Shown: positions 56,351 to 64,000 of the stretch, one piece after another
Numbering within the stretch: the first letter of the stretch is position 1
Layout: each line of letters begins with the position of its first letter
NCBI GenBank assembly: GCA_009843915.1
Contig: VYCM01000146.1
Coordinates: 31,332 to 95,331 of the forward strand
Reading direction: 5' to 3'
Source of the DNA: Acidimicrobiaceae bacterium
GTDB lineage: Bacteria > Actinomycetota > Acidimicrobiia > Acidimicrobiales > Aldehydirespiratoraceae
DNA length: 64,000 nucleotides
Translations under genes and position numbers: made by a program
The notes under the pieces: model-generated
Database searches by the model: none
What the model was told of the DNA's origin: nothing
Seen by the model: the letters and a program-made list of their open reading frames with translations, nothing else

Positions 56351-57310
56351 TCAGGTGCGGTACTCCACACCGGGGAGCACGCAAAGCATCTCGTAGACGA
56401 GATCGGCGGCAATGTGGGCCGTCATTCCCGAGGTGTCGTAGATGGGCGCCACCTCCACCATGTCACAGCCGACCAGGTCCAGGCCCCGGCAGCCGCGGAT
56501 GATCTCCAGGGCCTGTGGGGTGGTGAGCCCGCCGATCTCGGGGGTGCCGGTGCCGGGAGCGAACGACGGGTCGAGCCCGTCGATGTCGAAGCTCAGGTAC
56601 ACCGGGCCGCCGCCGACCTGGTCGCGCACCTCGTCCATCAGCGGCGCCAGCGAGCGGTGCCAGCACTCCTCGATCTGCACCACCCGGAAACCCTGCTGGC
56701 GTGACCAGTCGAAGTCCTCGGCCGCGTAACCGGTGGCCCGCATACCGATCTGGACCACCCGTGAGCAGTCGAGCAGTCCCTCCTCCACCGCCCGGCGGAA
56801 CGGGGTGCCGTGGGCGATGCGCTCACCGAACATCTCGTCGTTGATGTCGGTGTGGGCGTCGATATGCACCAGCCCGACCGGTCCGTGGCGGGCCCGCATG
56901 GCCCGCAGGATGGGCAGCGCGATGGTGTGGTCGCCGCCGAGGGCCACGGTGATCACATCGTGGGACAGCAGCTCGGCGAAGTGCGCTTCGATGCGGTCGA
57001 CCGAGTCCAGCAGGTTGTAGGGGTTGGTGGCCACGTCTCCGGTGTCGTCGATGCGCAGGCTGTCGAAGGGTGCGGCCCGGGTGGCCATGTTGTAGGGGCG
57101 AATCAGCACCGACTCGTCGCGGATGCCCCGGGGGCCGAAGCGTGCGCCGGGCCGGTTCGAGGTGCCGATGTCGAACGGCACTCCGACGATGGCCGCATCG
57201 AGTTCCGAGGGCTGCGAACGTCCCGGCAGCCGCATGAAGGTGGCTATCCCCGCGAAGCGAGGCATCTCGTTGCCACCCAGCGGCTGGGGGTTGGCGTCTG
57301 GCCCGGTCAC
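56351..57310 (-). CDS. Agmatinase-family ureohydrolase (guanidino-compound amidinohydrolase)
   Basis: Mn-binding blocks of the arginase/agmatinase family: LGGDHTI, VHIDAHTD, LSFDIDGLDP, and EVAPIYD. Confidence 0.85.
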   Translation of the reverse strand: MTGPDANPQPLGGNEMPRFAGIATFMRLPGRSQPSELDAAIVGVPFDIGTSNRPGARFGPRGIRDESVLIRPYNMATRAAPFDSLRIDDTGDVATNPYNLLDSVDRIEAHFAELLSHDVITVALGGDHTIALPILRAMRARHGPVGLVHIDAHTDINDEMFGERIAHGTPFRRAVEEGLLDCSRVVQIGMRATGYAAEDFDWSRQQGFRVVQIEECWHRSLAPLMDEVRDQVGGGPVYLSFDIDGLDPSFAPGTGTPEIGGLTTPQALEIIRGCRGLDLVGCDMVEVAPIYDTSGMTAHIAADLVYEMLCVLPGVEYRT

Positions 57311-57335
57311 AGGACCAACCCTAGGGCTGGCCTGC

Positions 57336-57385
57336 GAACTTCTGTCAGTGGACCCCCTGTGGGGTGGACAATTGACAGAAGTTCG
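57336..57385. repeat. Palindromic intergenic element (perfect 12-bp inverted repeat) related to the 55229 and 58611 elements
   Basis: GAACTTCTGTCA-(26 nt with the inner hairpin CCCC-TGT-GGGG and CAATTGACAG)-TGACAGAAGTTC. It lies 10 nt past the stop of the 57395-58588 gene. Confidence 0.6.
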
Positions 57386-57394
57386 TCGGGCTCG

Positions 57395-58588
57395 CTAGGC
57401 CCGCAGGCAAGGCACCAGGCGGTCGAGCACCCCGTCCAGGACGGTCATAGGCGTGCCGAAGTTGAGGCGCAAGTGGCCGTCGCCGTTCGTCCCGAACTCG
57501 GTGCCCTCGGACAGGGCCACACCGGCGTCGTGCAGCAGGCGGGAGGCCGGGGCCTCCCCCAATCCGCAAGCCGACACGTCCAGCCAGGCCAGGAACGTCG
57601 AGTCGGGCCGGTGGAAGACGACCTCGGGTGCCTCGGCGGACAGGCGGGCGCTGAGGTGGTCGCGTAGTTCGTTCAGATACGCCACCAGCCCGTCGGCCCA
57701 GGCCGCGCCGTGGCGCCAGGCTGCGACGCTGGCGTCGATGCCGGTTCGGGCCGCGTGGCCGAGCAGCAGCGGCGGGTGGGCTTGGCGCACCCGTCTACGT
57801 AGGTCGCGGTCGCCGTAGGCCATCACCGCGCAGCGCAGTCCCGACAGGGCGAAAGTCTTGGCCGGCGACGTGATGGTGACCACCCGTTCGGCCGCGCCCG
57901 GGATGGCCAGTATCGGTGTGAACGGCGCGGCCGAGTCCGGGTACACCAAGTCGGCGTGGATCTCGTCGGACACCACGTAGAAGTCGTAGGCGTGGGCCAA
58001 CTCGACGATCCTGGCTAGGACCTCGGCACTGGCCACCCATCCGGTGGGGTTGTGGGGGTGGCACCACAGCAGCACCCGTGCGCCGGGCTCCCGCTGTACC
58101 AGCGCCTCCAGGTCGTCAGGGTCGAGATGCCAGCCCCGGCTTGGGTCGTAGCGCATCGGCCATTCGAGCTGGCGGCGCCGGGCCGTCGGGCAGATCTGGA
58201 GGAAGATGTGGTAGATGGGCGGGGTGAGGATCACCCCCTCGCCGGGCCCGGCCAGCGCGGTGATCGCCGCGGTGACGCCCTGGAGAACGTCCACGCAGGT
58301 ATGGACGAACCCGGGGTCGGGGCTCCAGCCGTAGCGCTCAGCGGCCCACTGGGCGAACGCCGCGCCCACATCGTCCTCCAGGTCGTGGTAGCCGAAGTCG
58401 CCCCGGTCGATGGTGGCCCTCATGGCGTCGAGCACGACGGGCGGGGGCCGGAAGTCGTGCTCGGCCACCCACGCCGGCAGGGTGTCGGCGGCGTACTTCG
58501 ACCACTTGGCGTTGCGGTTGCCCCTCTTGCGCCCGATGTCGACGCTCGGGTCGAAGGCGTCAGGATGCAAGTCGCCCGTTCCGGTCAC
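57395..58588 (-). CDS. MalY/PatB-type PLP-dependent C-S lyase (class I/II aminotransferase fold)
   Basis: NAKWSKY...LPAWVAEHDF N-terminal block, NPHNPTG, and TSPAKTFALSG (PLP lysine) are typical of the PatB/MalY family. GTG start at 58588. Confidence 0.8.
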   Translation of the reverse strand: MTGTGDLHPDAFDPSVDIGRKRGNRNAKWSKYAADTLPAWVAEHDFRPPPVVLDAMRATIDRGDFGYHDLEDDVGAAFAQWAAERYGWSPDPGFVHTCVDVLQGVTAAITALAGPGEGVILTPPIYHIFLQICPTARRRQLEWPMRYDPSRGWHLDPDDLEALVQREPGARVLLWCHPHNPTGWVASAEVLARIVELAHAYDFYVVSDEIHADLVYPDSAAPFTPILAIPGAAERVVTITSPAKTFALSGLRCAVMAYGDRDLRRRVRQAHPPLLLGHAARTGIDASVAAWRHGAAWADGLVAYLNELRDHLSARLSAEAPEVVFHRPDSTFLAWLDVSACGLGEAPASRLLHDAGVALSEGTEFGTNGDGHLRLNFGTPMTVLDGVLDRLVPCLRA

Positions 58589-58607
58589 AGGCCGTCAAGC
58601 TAGCCGT

Positions 58608-58733
58608 GTCGGAATTGGCAGCGGTGGGTGCCCGTTTGGGAGTCCTGCGCTGCCAGTTCGCCATTGCGACGGGACTTGTCGGGGAATTGGCAGCGGTGGG
58701 TGCCCGTTTGGGAGTCCTGGGCTGCCAATTCGC
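58608..58733. repeat. Tandem duplication (period about 72 nt) of a palindromic intergenic element
   Basis: An identical 37-nt core, GGAATTGGCAGCGGTGGGTGCCCGTTTGGGAGTCCTG, occurs at 58611-58647 and 58683-58719. Each copy closes with (C/G)GCTGCCA(G/A)TTCGC, which is the inverted repeat of GAATTGGCAGC. Confidence 0.85.
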
Positions 58734-58741
58734 TGGTGACG

Positions 58742-59680
58742 CTAGGGCAGCGAGCCGGTGTTGACGATGGGGGTGGTCTGCTGCTCGCTGGTCAGGACCA
58801 CCAGAAGGTTGGCCACCATCGACGCCTTGGCCTGCTCGTCGAGGTCGACGACCGAGCGCTCGGCCAGCAGCTCGAGGGCCTCTTCCACCATGCCGACCGC
58901 TCCCTCCACGATGGTGCGCCGAGCGGCCACCACCGCGGCGGCCTGCTGGCGCCTCAGCATGGCCTCGGCGATCTCGGTGGCGTAGGCCAGATGGTTGAGC
59001 CGGGTCTCGATGACCTCCACACCGGCCCGATCCAGGCGGTCCTGCACCTCGGCGTGCAGCGTGGCCGCCACCGTGTCGGGATCGGAGCGCAGCGACACCC
59101 TGTCGCCCTCGAAGTCGTCGTAGGGGTACTGGGTGCCCAGATGGCGGATGGCCGTCTCGCTCTGGACGTGCACGAAGTCCTCGAAGTCGTCCACCTCGAA
59201 CACGGCCGCGGCGGTGTCGACCACCCGCCAAACCACCACCGCGGAGATCTCGATGGGGTTGCCCTCGGCGTCGTTGACCTTGGACACGCTGGTGGTGAAG
59301 TTGTGCACCCGCAGTGAGATCTTGCGCGACTCCATGCGGGTGAACGGGTTGGCCAGATGCCAGCCGGGGGTCTCGACGGTGCCCTTGTAGCGGCCGAACA
59401 GGATCAACACCAGCGCCTCGTTGGGCTGCACCAGGTACTGGCCCGGCCAGGCGAACACGAATGTGATCCCGCCCACCGGGATGAGGAACACCAGCGGCCA
59501 GGCCACCGCGGCCACACCGACGATCCCGGCCGCGATCACGATCAGTGCGAGCAGCGCGATCAGCACGCCGAGCAGGCCCGGCTTGGTGCGGGCGGGGCGG
59601 GCCGTGACCGCGGGTGTCGAGGAGTCCTCGGCGAGACTGCCGGAAGCGGAGGGGGAGGAGGTCTCGGTCATGTCCGCCAT
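58742..59680 (-). CDS. SPFH/Band-7 (stomatin-prohibitin) domain membrane protein
   Basis: N-terminal TM segments followed by an SPFH core (VVWRVVDTAAAVFEV, IRHLGTQYPYD, GVEVIETRLNHLAY). Confidence 0.8.
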   Translation of the reverse strand: MADMTETSSPSASGSLAEDSSTPAVTARPARTKPGLLGVLIALLALIVIAAGIVGVAAVAWPLVFLIPVGGITFVFAWPGQYLVQPNEALVLILFGRYKGTVETPGWHLANPFTRMESRKISLRVHNFTTSVSKVNDAEGNPIEISAVVVWRVVDTAAAVFEVDDFEDFVHVQSETAIRHLGTQYPYDDFEGDRVSLRSDPDTVAATLHAEVQDRLDRAGVEVIETRLNHLAYATEIAEAMLRRQQAAAVVAARRTIVEGAVGMVEEALELLAERSVVDLDEQAKASMVANLLVVLTSEQQTTPIVNTGSLP

Positions 59681-59741
59681 CCTGTCATCCGGATGCGTCG
59701 CTGGCTACCGTGACCGGCCGGCGTTCAAGTAAGGAGCACAG

Positions 59742-60605
59742 ATGAAGTTCGGCATCTCGTTTGCCAATGTGGGCACGTTTGTGAAGGGCAAGGGTGCGGC
59801 CCTGCTGGCCCAGGCGGCCGAGGAGGCCGGGTTCGACTCGCTGTGGACGGTGGAGCACATCCTCTATCCGGAGGGCTACGAGTCGGTCTACCCGTACGCG
59901 CCCGACGGGAAGATGCCCGGCTCCGGCAACAACCCGATTCCCGACCCGCTGGTGTGGCTCGGCTACGCGGCCGCAGTCACTTCCAGCATCAGGCTGGCCA
60001 CCGGCATCTCGCTGCTGCCCGAGCGTCATCCGCTCACCTTCGCCAAGGAGGTGGCCACGCTCGACGTTCTGTCGGGCGGCCGGGTCACGCTCGGGGTGGG
60101 CATCGGCTGGCTGCGCGAGGAGTTCGACGCGCTCGATGTTCCCTGGGAGCGCAGGGGTCCCCGCACCGAGGAGTACATGGAGGTCATGCGCAGGGTGTGG
60201 GCCGAAGACGATGTGACCTTCGACGGCGAGTTCGTGTCGTTCCGCCGGGCCAGTTCCAATCCCAAGCCGGTTGCGGGGCGGGTCCCGATCCACATCGGCG
60301 GACACAGCGAGGCGGCGGCCCGCCGGGCCGGGCGCGTCGGGGACGGTCTGTTCCTCGCCGGAGGCGACATGGCGCACCTGCTCGACCTGGCTCGCAACAC
60401 TGCCGCCGACTGCGGGCGCGATCCGGCCGACCTGGAGATGTCGGCCGTGCATCTCGGGCTGTTCGGCGACGATCCGGCGGCGGCGGTTCAGGAGGCCGAG
60501 TCGTGGGGTGTGGAACGGCTGATGGTGCCGTCGGTGTTCTATTTCCGCAACACGGCCGAGGGCCTGGCAGCCTTCGGTGAATCGGTGATCGCGGCCCACT
60601 CCTGA
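59742..60605 (+). CDS. LLM-class F420-dependent oxidoreductase (luciferase-like monooxygenase family)
   Basis: MKFGISF... start with AAGGAG upstream. GFDSLWTVEH, GGRVTLGVGIGW, and PIHIGGHSEAAARRAGRVGDG are typical blocks. Confidence 0.8.
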   Translation: MKFGISFANVGTFVKGKGAALLAQAAEEAGFDSLWTVEHILYPEGYESVYPYAPDGKMPGSGNNPIPDPLVWLGYAAAVTSSIRLATGISLLPERHPLTFAKEVATLDVLSGGRVTLGVGIGWLREEFDALDVPWERRGPRTEEYMEVMRRVWAEDDVTFDGEFVSFRRASSNPKPVAGRVPIHIGGHSEAAARRAGRVGDGLFLAGGDMAHLLDLARNTAADCGRDPADLEMSAVHLGLFGDDPAAAVQEAESWGVERLMVPSVFYFRNTAEGLAAFGESVIAAHS

Positions 60606-60624
60606 CTCGCCGGGTGCCGGCTGC

Positions 60625-62256
60625 TCAGGCTCGAAGTCCTCTGGGAGTGGCATTGCCCGGCCCGTTGGCGGGGTGGTTCCTGCGCTGACGCTCCCGGCTG
60701 GTATCCACCACCCGGAAGTCGACGGTGCGCTGGAGGGCGTCTGCCAGCAGATTCGCGCTGCGGCGAGCGGTGAACAGCTCGATGTCCACGTCGGTGCCCG
60801 CGGCAATCTCAACATCGATGGTCACTGCCTCTTCGCTCACGGAGGCATGGACCCGCTCGACGGCCCTCCGATAGGTGCGGTCCAGCGCTATCCCCACCCG
60901 CAGCAGCCCGGCCAGCACTCGCACCCGGCGGCGGTCGGGCTTGCTGAGCGCCGTGTACTCGCGGTGCGACGACACCGGCCGGCTCTTGCGGTGGTAGCGG
61001 GCCACCAGCGCGATCAACTCCAGTTCGTTCTCGCTGAACCCGGCCAGGCGTTCGCTGTTGCGGATCAGGTAGTAGGAGTGCTTGTGGTGCGAGGAGTTGG
61101 CCACGAAGCGGCCGATGTTGTGGAGCAGGCCTGCGGCCTCCAGCAACTCGCTGTCCGCGATGGTCAGCCCGTGCGCGGCTCCGGTCTCGTCGAACAACTC
61201 CAAGGCCAGGTCGGTGGCGTGCTCGGCATGGATCAAGTCCTCGTGATAGCTGCGAGCCAGGGCCAGCACGCTGGAGCGTCTGAGGTCGCTTAGGTGGTGC
61301 AGCCCGTCGTCGCGGGAGCGGTCCCTGCGGTTGAAGCGGTCGAGCAGCAGCCCCTCGCGCAGCGCTCCCGTCGACACCACCAGCGATTCGATGCCGAGGG
61401 CCTTGAACAGCTGCCGCAGAAGGATGGCCCCCGCCACGATCACGTCGCGGCGGGCGGGGTCCAGGCCGGGCACACCGGCACGCTCGCCGGGTGTGGACCT
61501 CGATATGAGGTCGGCGACCACCTCGTTGAGGTCGGAGCGTTCGATGGTGGCGTTGGCAACGGTGCGCAAGGTCTCACCGCGGCGAGCCGCGCAGAGAACG
61601 GCCACCGCCGCGATGGTGCCCGAACAGCCCACCGCGACGTCGAAGCCGATGTCGCGAGCCTCCCGGGCCGCGTGGGCCACGAACGACTTGATATGTCGCC
61701 GGCAGGCCTTGACCGCGCCGTCGGCGATCACGCCGCCATCGAAGAAGCGGTCGGTGAGTCGGATGTGGCCCAGCTTGAGGCTGCGGGCCAGCGCTGCGGG
61801 GGCGTGGTCGCCGACGATGAGCTCGGTGGAGCCACCGCCGATGTCGATGACGATGTGGGGCCGGCCCGCGATCGGCACCGCGCTCATGGCGCCGAGGTGG
61901 ATCAGCCGGGCCTCCTCCATGCCCGAAACGATCTCCACCGTGATGCGGGCCTCGTCGTGGACCCTGCGCAGGAACCGGCCCTGATTGTCGGCCTCCCGCA
62001 CCGCGCTGGTTGCTACCGCCACCACGTCGGCGTCGTGGGCATCGGCGATGTGACGGAACTCCACCAGTGCGGTGACGGCCCGCTCGACGGCGTCGGGCAT
62101 CAGCAGCTTCATGTCGTCGCCGCCGGTGCCGAGGCGCACCGGCACGCGCTCACGGGCCAGGATCTCGGGTGATCCGCCGGGCACGGGCCGGGCGATCACC
62201 ATGTGCACGGAGTTGGTGCCCACATCGATGGCGGCCAGCGCCCGCGCCCCAGTCAT
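60625..62256 (-). CDS. Ppx/GppA family phosphatase with C-terminal HD domain
   Basis: AAIDVGTNSVHMVIA and DIGGGSTEL ASKHA motifs. HD-domain region: LLHNIGRFV...HHKHSYYLI. Confidence 0.85.
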   Translation of the reverse strand: MTGARALAAIDVGTNSVHMVIARPVPGGSPEILARERVPVRLGTGGDDMKLLMPDAVERAVTALVEFRHIADAHDADVVAVATSAVREADNQGRFLRRVHDEARITVEIVSGMEEARLIHLGAMSAVPIAGRPHIVIDIGGGSTELIVGDHAPAALARSLKLGHIRLTDRFFDGGVIADGAVKACRRHIKSFVAHAAREARDIGFDVAVGCSGTIAAVAVLCAARRGETLRTVANATIERSDLNEVVADLISRSTPGERAGVPGLDPARRDVIVAGAILLRQLFKALGIESLVVSTGALREGLLLDRFNRRDRSRDDGLHHLSDLRRSSVLALARSYHEDLIHAEHATDLALELFDETGAAHGLTIADSELLEAAGLLHNIGRFVANSSHHKHSYYLIRNSERLAGFSENELELIALVARYHRKSRPVSSHREYTALSKPDRRRVRVLAGLLRVGIALDRTYRRAVERVHASVSEEAVTIDVEIAAGTDVDIELFTARRSANLLADALQRTVDFRVVDTSRERQRRNHPANGPGNATPRGLRA

Positions 62257-62330
62257 CGGCGGGCAAGCCTCACGTCAAACCGCGCGTCTCGCAACCTCTC
62301 TCCACTACCGTCACGGTGGTGAGCGGGGTT

Positions 62331-63059
62331 ATGACCGGGCGCCGGGTGCTGGTGGTGGGCGCATCGTCGGGGATCGGTGCTGCGGTGGCTCGGGCCGTGG
62401 CGGCGCGGGGCGGGCAGGTCACCGTGTCGGCTCGAAGGCGGGAGAAGCTGGAGGCTCTCGTGGCCGATTTGGGCACCGGCCACGCGACACCCGGCGACAC
62501 CACTGTGGCTGCCGACGCCCACCGGGTGGCCGCCGAGGCGGCCTCGGCGATGGGCGGACTCGATCTGATGGTGTACGCCGCCGGCTTCGGCGTGCTCCAG
62601 CCGCTGACTGCAACGGACCCGGGCACCTGGGCCGACGTGTACCGGGTGAACGTCGTGGGAGCCAACCTGGCCGCGGCGGCCGCCCTGGACCACATGGATC
62701 GCAACGGTCTGATCGCGTTCGTGTCGTCCCGAACCACGGAGGACGCCAACGCGCTGTTCGGGTCCTACAGCGCCACCAAGGCTGCTCTCGACCTGTGCAT
62801 ACGGGTGTGGAGGGCCGAGCATCCCGACCGGCGCTTCATGCGGATCGTGATGGGCAACACCATGCCGACCGAGTTCGGCGACCACATGAATCTCGACCTG
62901 ATTGAGGAGGCGCTTGCGGCCTGGGAGCGGCAGGCCGTGCCGGGCGGCATCATGCATGTCGACGACGTGGGAGCGGCCCTCGCAGAAGCCTGCGCGGTGG
63001 CGCTGGATCATCCCGACATCGACTTCCCGGAGCTCAAGCTGGACGCCCGCACCGCCTGA
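62331..63059 (+). CDS. Short-chain dehydrogenase/reductase (SDR)
   Basis: VLVVGASSGIGAAVA cofactor motif and catalytic YSATKAA. ATG 62331; the track ORF starts upstream within the antisense of ppx. Confidence 0.8.
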   Translation: MTGRRVLVVGASSGIGAAVARAVAARGGQVTVSARRREKLEALVADLGTGHATPGDTTVAADAHRVAAEAASAMGGLDLMVYAAGFGVLQPLTATDPGTWADVYRVNVVGANLAAAAALDHMDRNGLIAFVSSRTTEDANALFGSYSATKAALDLCIRVWRAEHPDRRFMRIVMGNTMPTEFGDHMNLDLIEEALAAWERQAVPGGIMHVDDVGAALAEACAVALDHPDIDFPELKLDARTA

Positions 63060-63077
63060 GCCCGGACGCCGCCCTTC

Positions 63078-63899
63078 TCAGGCGGTGGCCAGGGGGCGGT
63101 CCGGATCGGATCCCCAGGCGGACCACGACCCCACGAACAGCCGGCCGTCACCCAGCCCCGTATGACGGAGGGCGAGCAGGTCGTGACAGGCCGACACGCC
63201 GCTGCCGCAGTAGGCGATCACCGGGCGGTCTGCCGCTCCGACCTCGGTGTAGCGGTCTCGCAGGTCGTCAGCAGGCCGGAACCGGCCGTCGTGGAGGTTG
63301 TCGCCGACCTGCATGCTCACCGCGCCGGGGATGTGGCCGAAGCGGGGATCGATGGCGTTGGGCTCGCCGCGGTACCGCTCGACGGAGCGGGCGTCGATCA
63401 CCAGACGGTTCGGGTCGGTGCGGGCCGCGTCGACCTCGTCGATGGTGGCGAAGCGCTCTGCGGGCCAGGGTCGGGCGGTGAACGGCTCCGGCTGCCATGA
63501 GGGCTCCGCTGTCTGCAGGGCGCCGGGCCAGGCGTCGAGCCCGCCGTCGAGCACAGCCACGTCACGGCCTACGCAGTCGAGCATCCACCACAGCCGCGAT
63601 GCGATGACTCCGCCGACGTCGTCGTAAGCGACGACAGCGGCGTCGTCACCGATCCCCAGCCGGCCCATGGCCGCGGCGAAGTCCTCGGGTGAGGGCAGGG
63701 GATGGCGGCCGCTCTCGGTTGTGGGCGGGCCCGAGAGATCGGTGTCGAGGTCGACGAAGCGAGCCCCCGGGATGTGGCCCCGGTCGTAGGCCTCCCGACC
63801 CGAGCGGCCGTCCAGGTACCACCTGACATCGGCGATCACCGCGGCATCGGCGTGGGCCGCCAGCCATTCGGCGTCGACCAGGGGTCCGAAGCCGTCCAT
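63078..63899 (-). CDS. sseA: Tandem-rhodanese sulfurtransferase (3-mercaptopyruvate/thiosulfate sulfurtransferase)
   Basis: Two rhodanese repeats, the HIPGA motif twice, and the active-site loop YCGSGVSAC. Confidence 0.85.
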   Translation of the reverse strand: MDGFGPLVDAEWLAAHADAAVIADVRWYLDGRSGREAYDRGHIPGARFVDLDTDLSGPPTTESGRHPLPSPEDFAAAMGRLGIGDDAAVVAYDDVGGVIASRLWWMLDCVGRDVAVLDGGLDAWPGALQTAEPSWQPEPFTARPWPAERFATIDEVDAARTDPNRLVIDARSVERYRGEPNAIDPRFGHIPGAVSMQVGDNLHDGRFRPADDLRDRYTEVGAADRPVIAYCGSGVSACHDLLALRHTGLGDGRLFVGSWSAWGSDPDRPLATA

Positions 63900-64000
63900 C
63901 AGTGCCTCCCAGGAGTCAGGCCAGCCGCTGCGGCCACGTCGCGCACCATGTCGGCCACCGCGTCCGGATGGGTTCTCATCAACCGGTGGCGGCCCTCGTC
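63899..64000 (-). CDS. C-terminal end of an unidentified protein (gene starts beyond the window)
   Basis: My own reverse translation gives ...DEGRHRLMRTHPDAVADMVRDVAAAAGLTPGRH*. The stop TGA (63901..63899) shares one nucleotide with the sseA ATG. The product is not identifiable from 33 aa. Confidence 0.4.
   Translation of the reverse strand, partial: DEGRHRLMRTHPDAVADMVRDVAAAAGLTPGRH

Noticed and set aside
58611-58630. TTGGCAGCGGTGGGTGC resembles a sigma-54 -24/-12 promoter (TGGCAC-N5-TTGC).
   Set aside because: The GG-to-GC spacing is off by one and the TTGC element is absent. The other repeat copies lack it, and sigma-54 is not expected in an actinobacterial-type genome.
58608-58733. Possible minimal CRISPR array (two direct repeats separated by a spacer).
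   Set aside because: There are only two copies and no cas genes. The units are about 55 nt palindromes with related dispersed copies at gene ends. This is REP/terminator-like, not CRISPR-like.
58410-58739. 109-aa + strand ORF with the repeated peptide GIGSGGCPFGSP, which looks like a repeat protein.
   Set aside because: The peptide repeat is just the translation of the tandem palindromic DNA element. The ORF's 5' part is antisense to the PatB-like gene, and it has no RBS.

Overview
Strongly GC-rich, gene-dense bacterial chromosomal segment. Frequent GTG/TTG starts, many 1-4 nt start/stop overlaps and an F420-type LLM oxidoreductase suggest Actinomycetota; that assignment is inference only. 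I can support about 60 protein-coding genes. I recognised no rRNA, tRNA, CRISPR array, transposase, integrase or phage genes. Most long ORFs in the track that lie antisense to recognisable genes are high-GC shadow ORFs.

Content:
- Housekeeping: icd, mdh, leuS, metY, base-excision repair (Fpg/Nei, Tag, YcaQ-like) and a Ppx/GppA phosphatase.
- Transporters: a pair of ABC exporter half-transporters, SulP, MFS, and an Opp/Dpp-type importer with no ATPase gene.
- Block 1 (15.8-23.6 kb): choline / glycine betaine / dimethylglycine genes, comprising a non-Pyl MttB-family methyltransferase, a Rieske oxygenase, a DMGDH-like enzyme, GFA and BetA.
- Block 2 (31.8-38.0 kb, minus strand): a complete corrinoid-dependent methyl-transfer operon with a second MttB paralog, a RACo/RamA-like activator, a methyl-H4folate:corrinoid methyltransferase, a 'virulence factor'-family protein, DUF1638 and a corrinoid protein.
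- Block 3 (45.9-58.6 kb): a Tat-less Mo-bisPGD/FeS/NrfD enzyme followed by a split ThDP decarboxylase, next to an amine/guanidino-type operon.

The most notable observation is a gene at 14048-14563 (minus strand) that the ORF track splits at an in-frame TGA. Read through, it gives a 171-codon protein with a U-G-S-C motif, and a SECIS-like hairpin starts 11 nt after the UGA. It is translationally coupled to a 2-hydroxyacid dehydrogenase and follows an uncharacterised 359-aa protein.

Other points: a frameshifted acyl-CoA-dehydrogenase-like gene, a small family of palindromic intergenic repeats (one tandemly duplicated), and a structured 410-nt leader with an unannotated 49-codon ORF upstream of metY.
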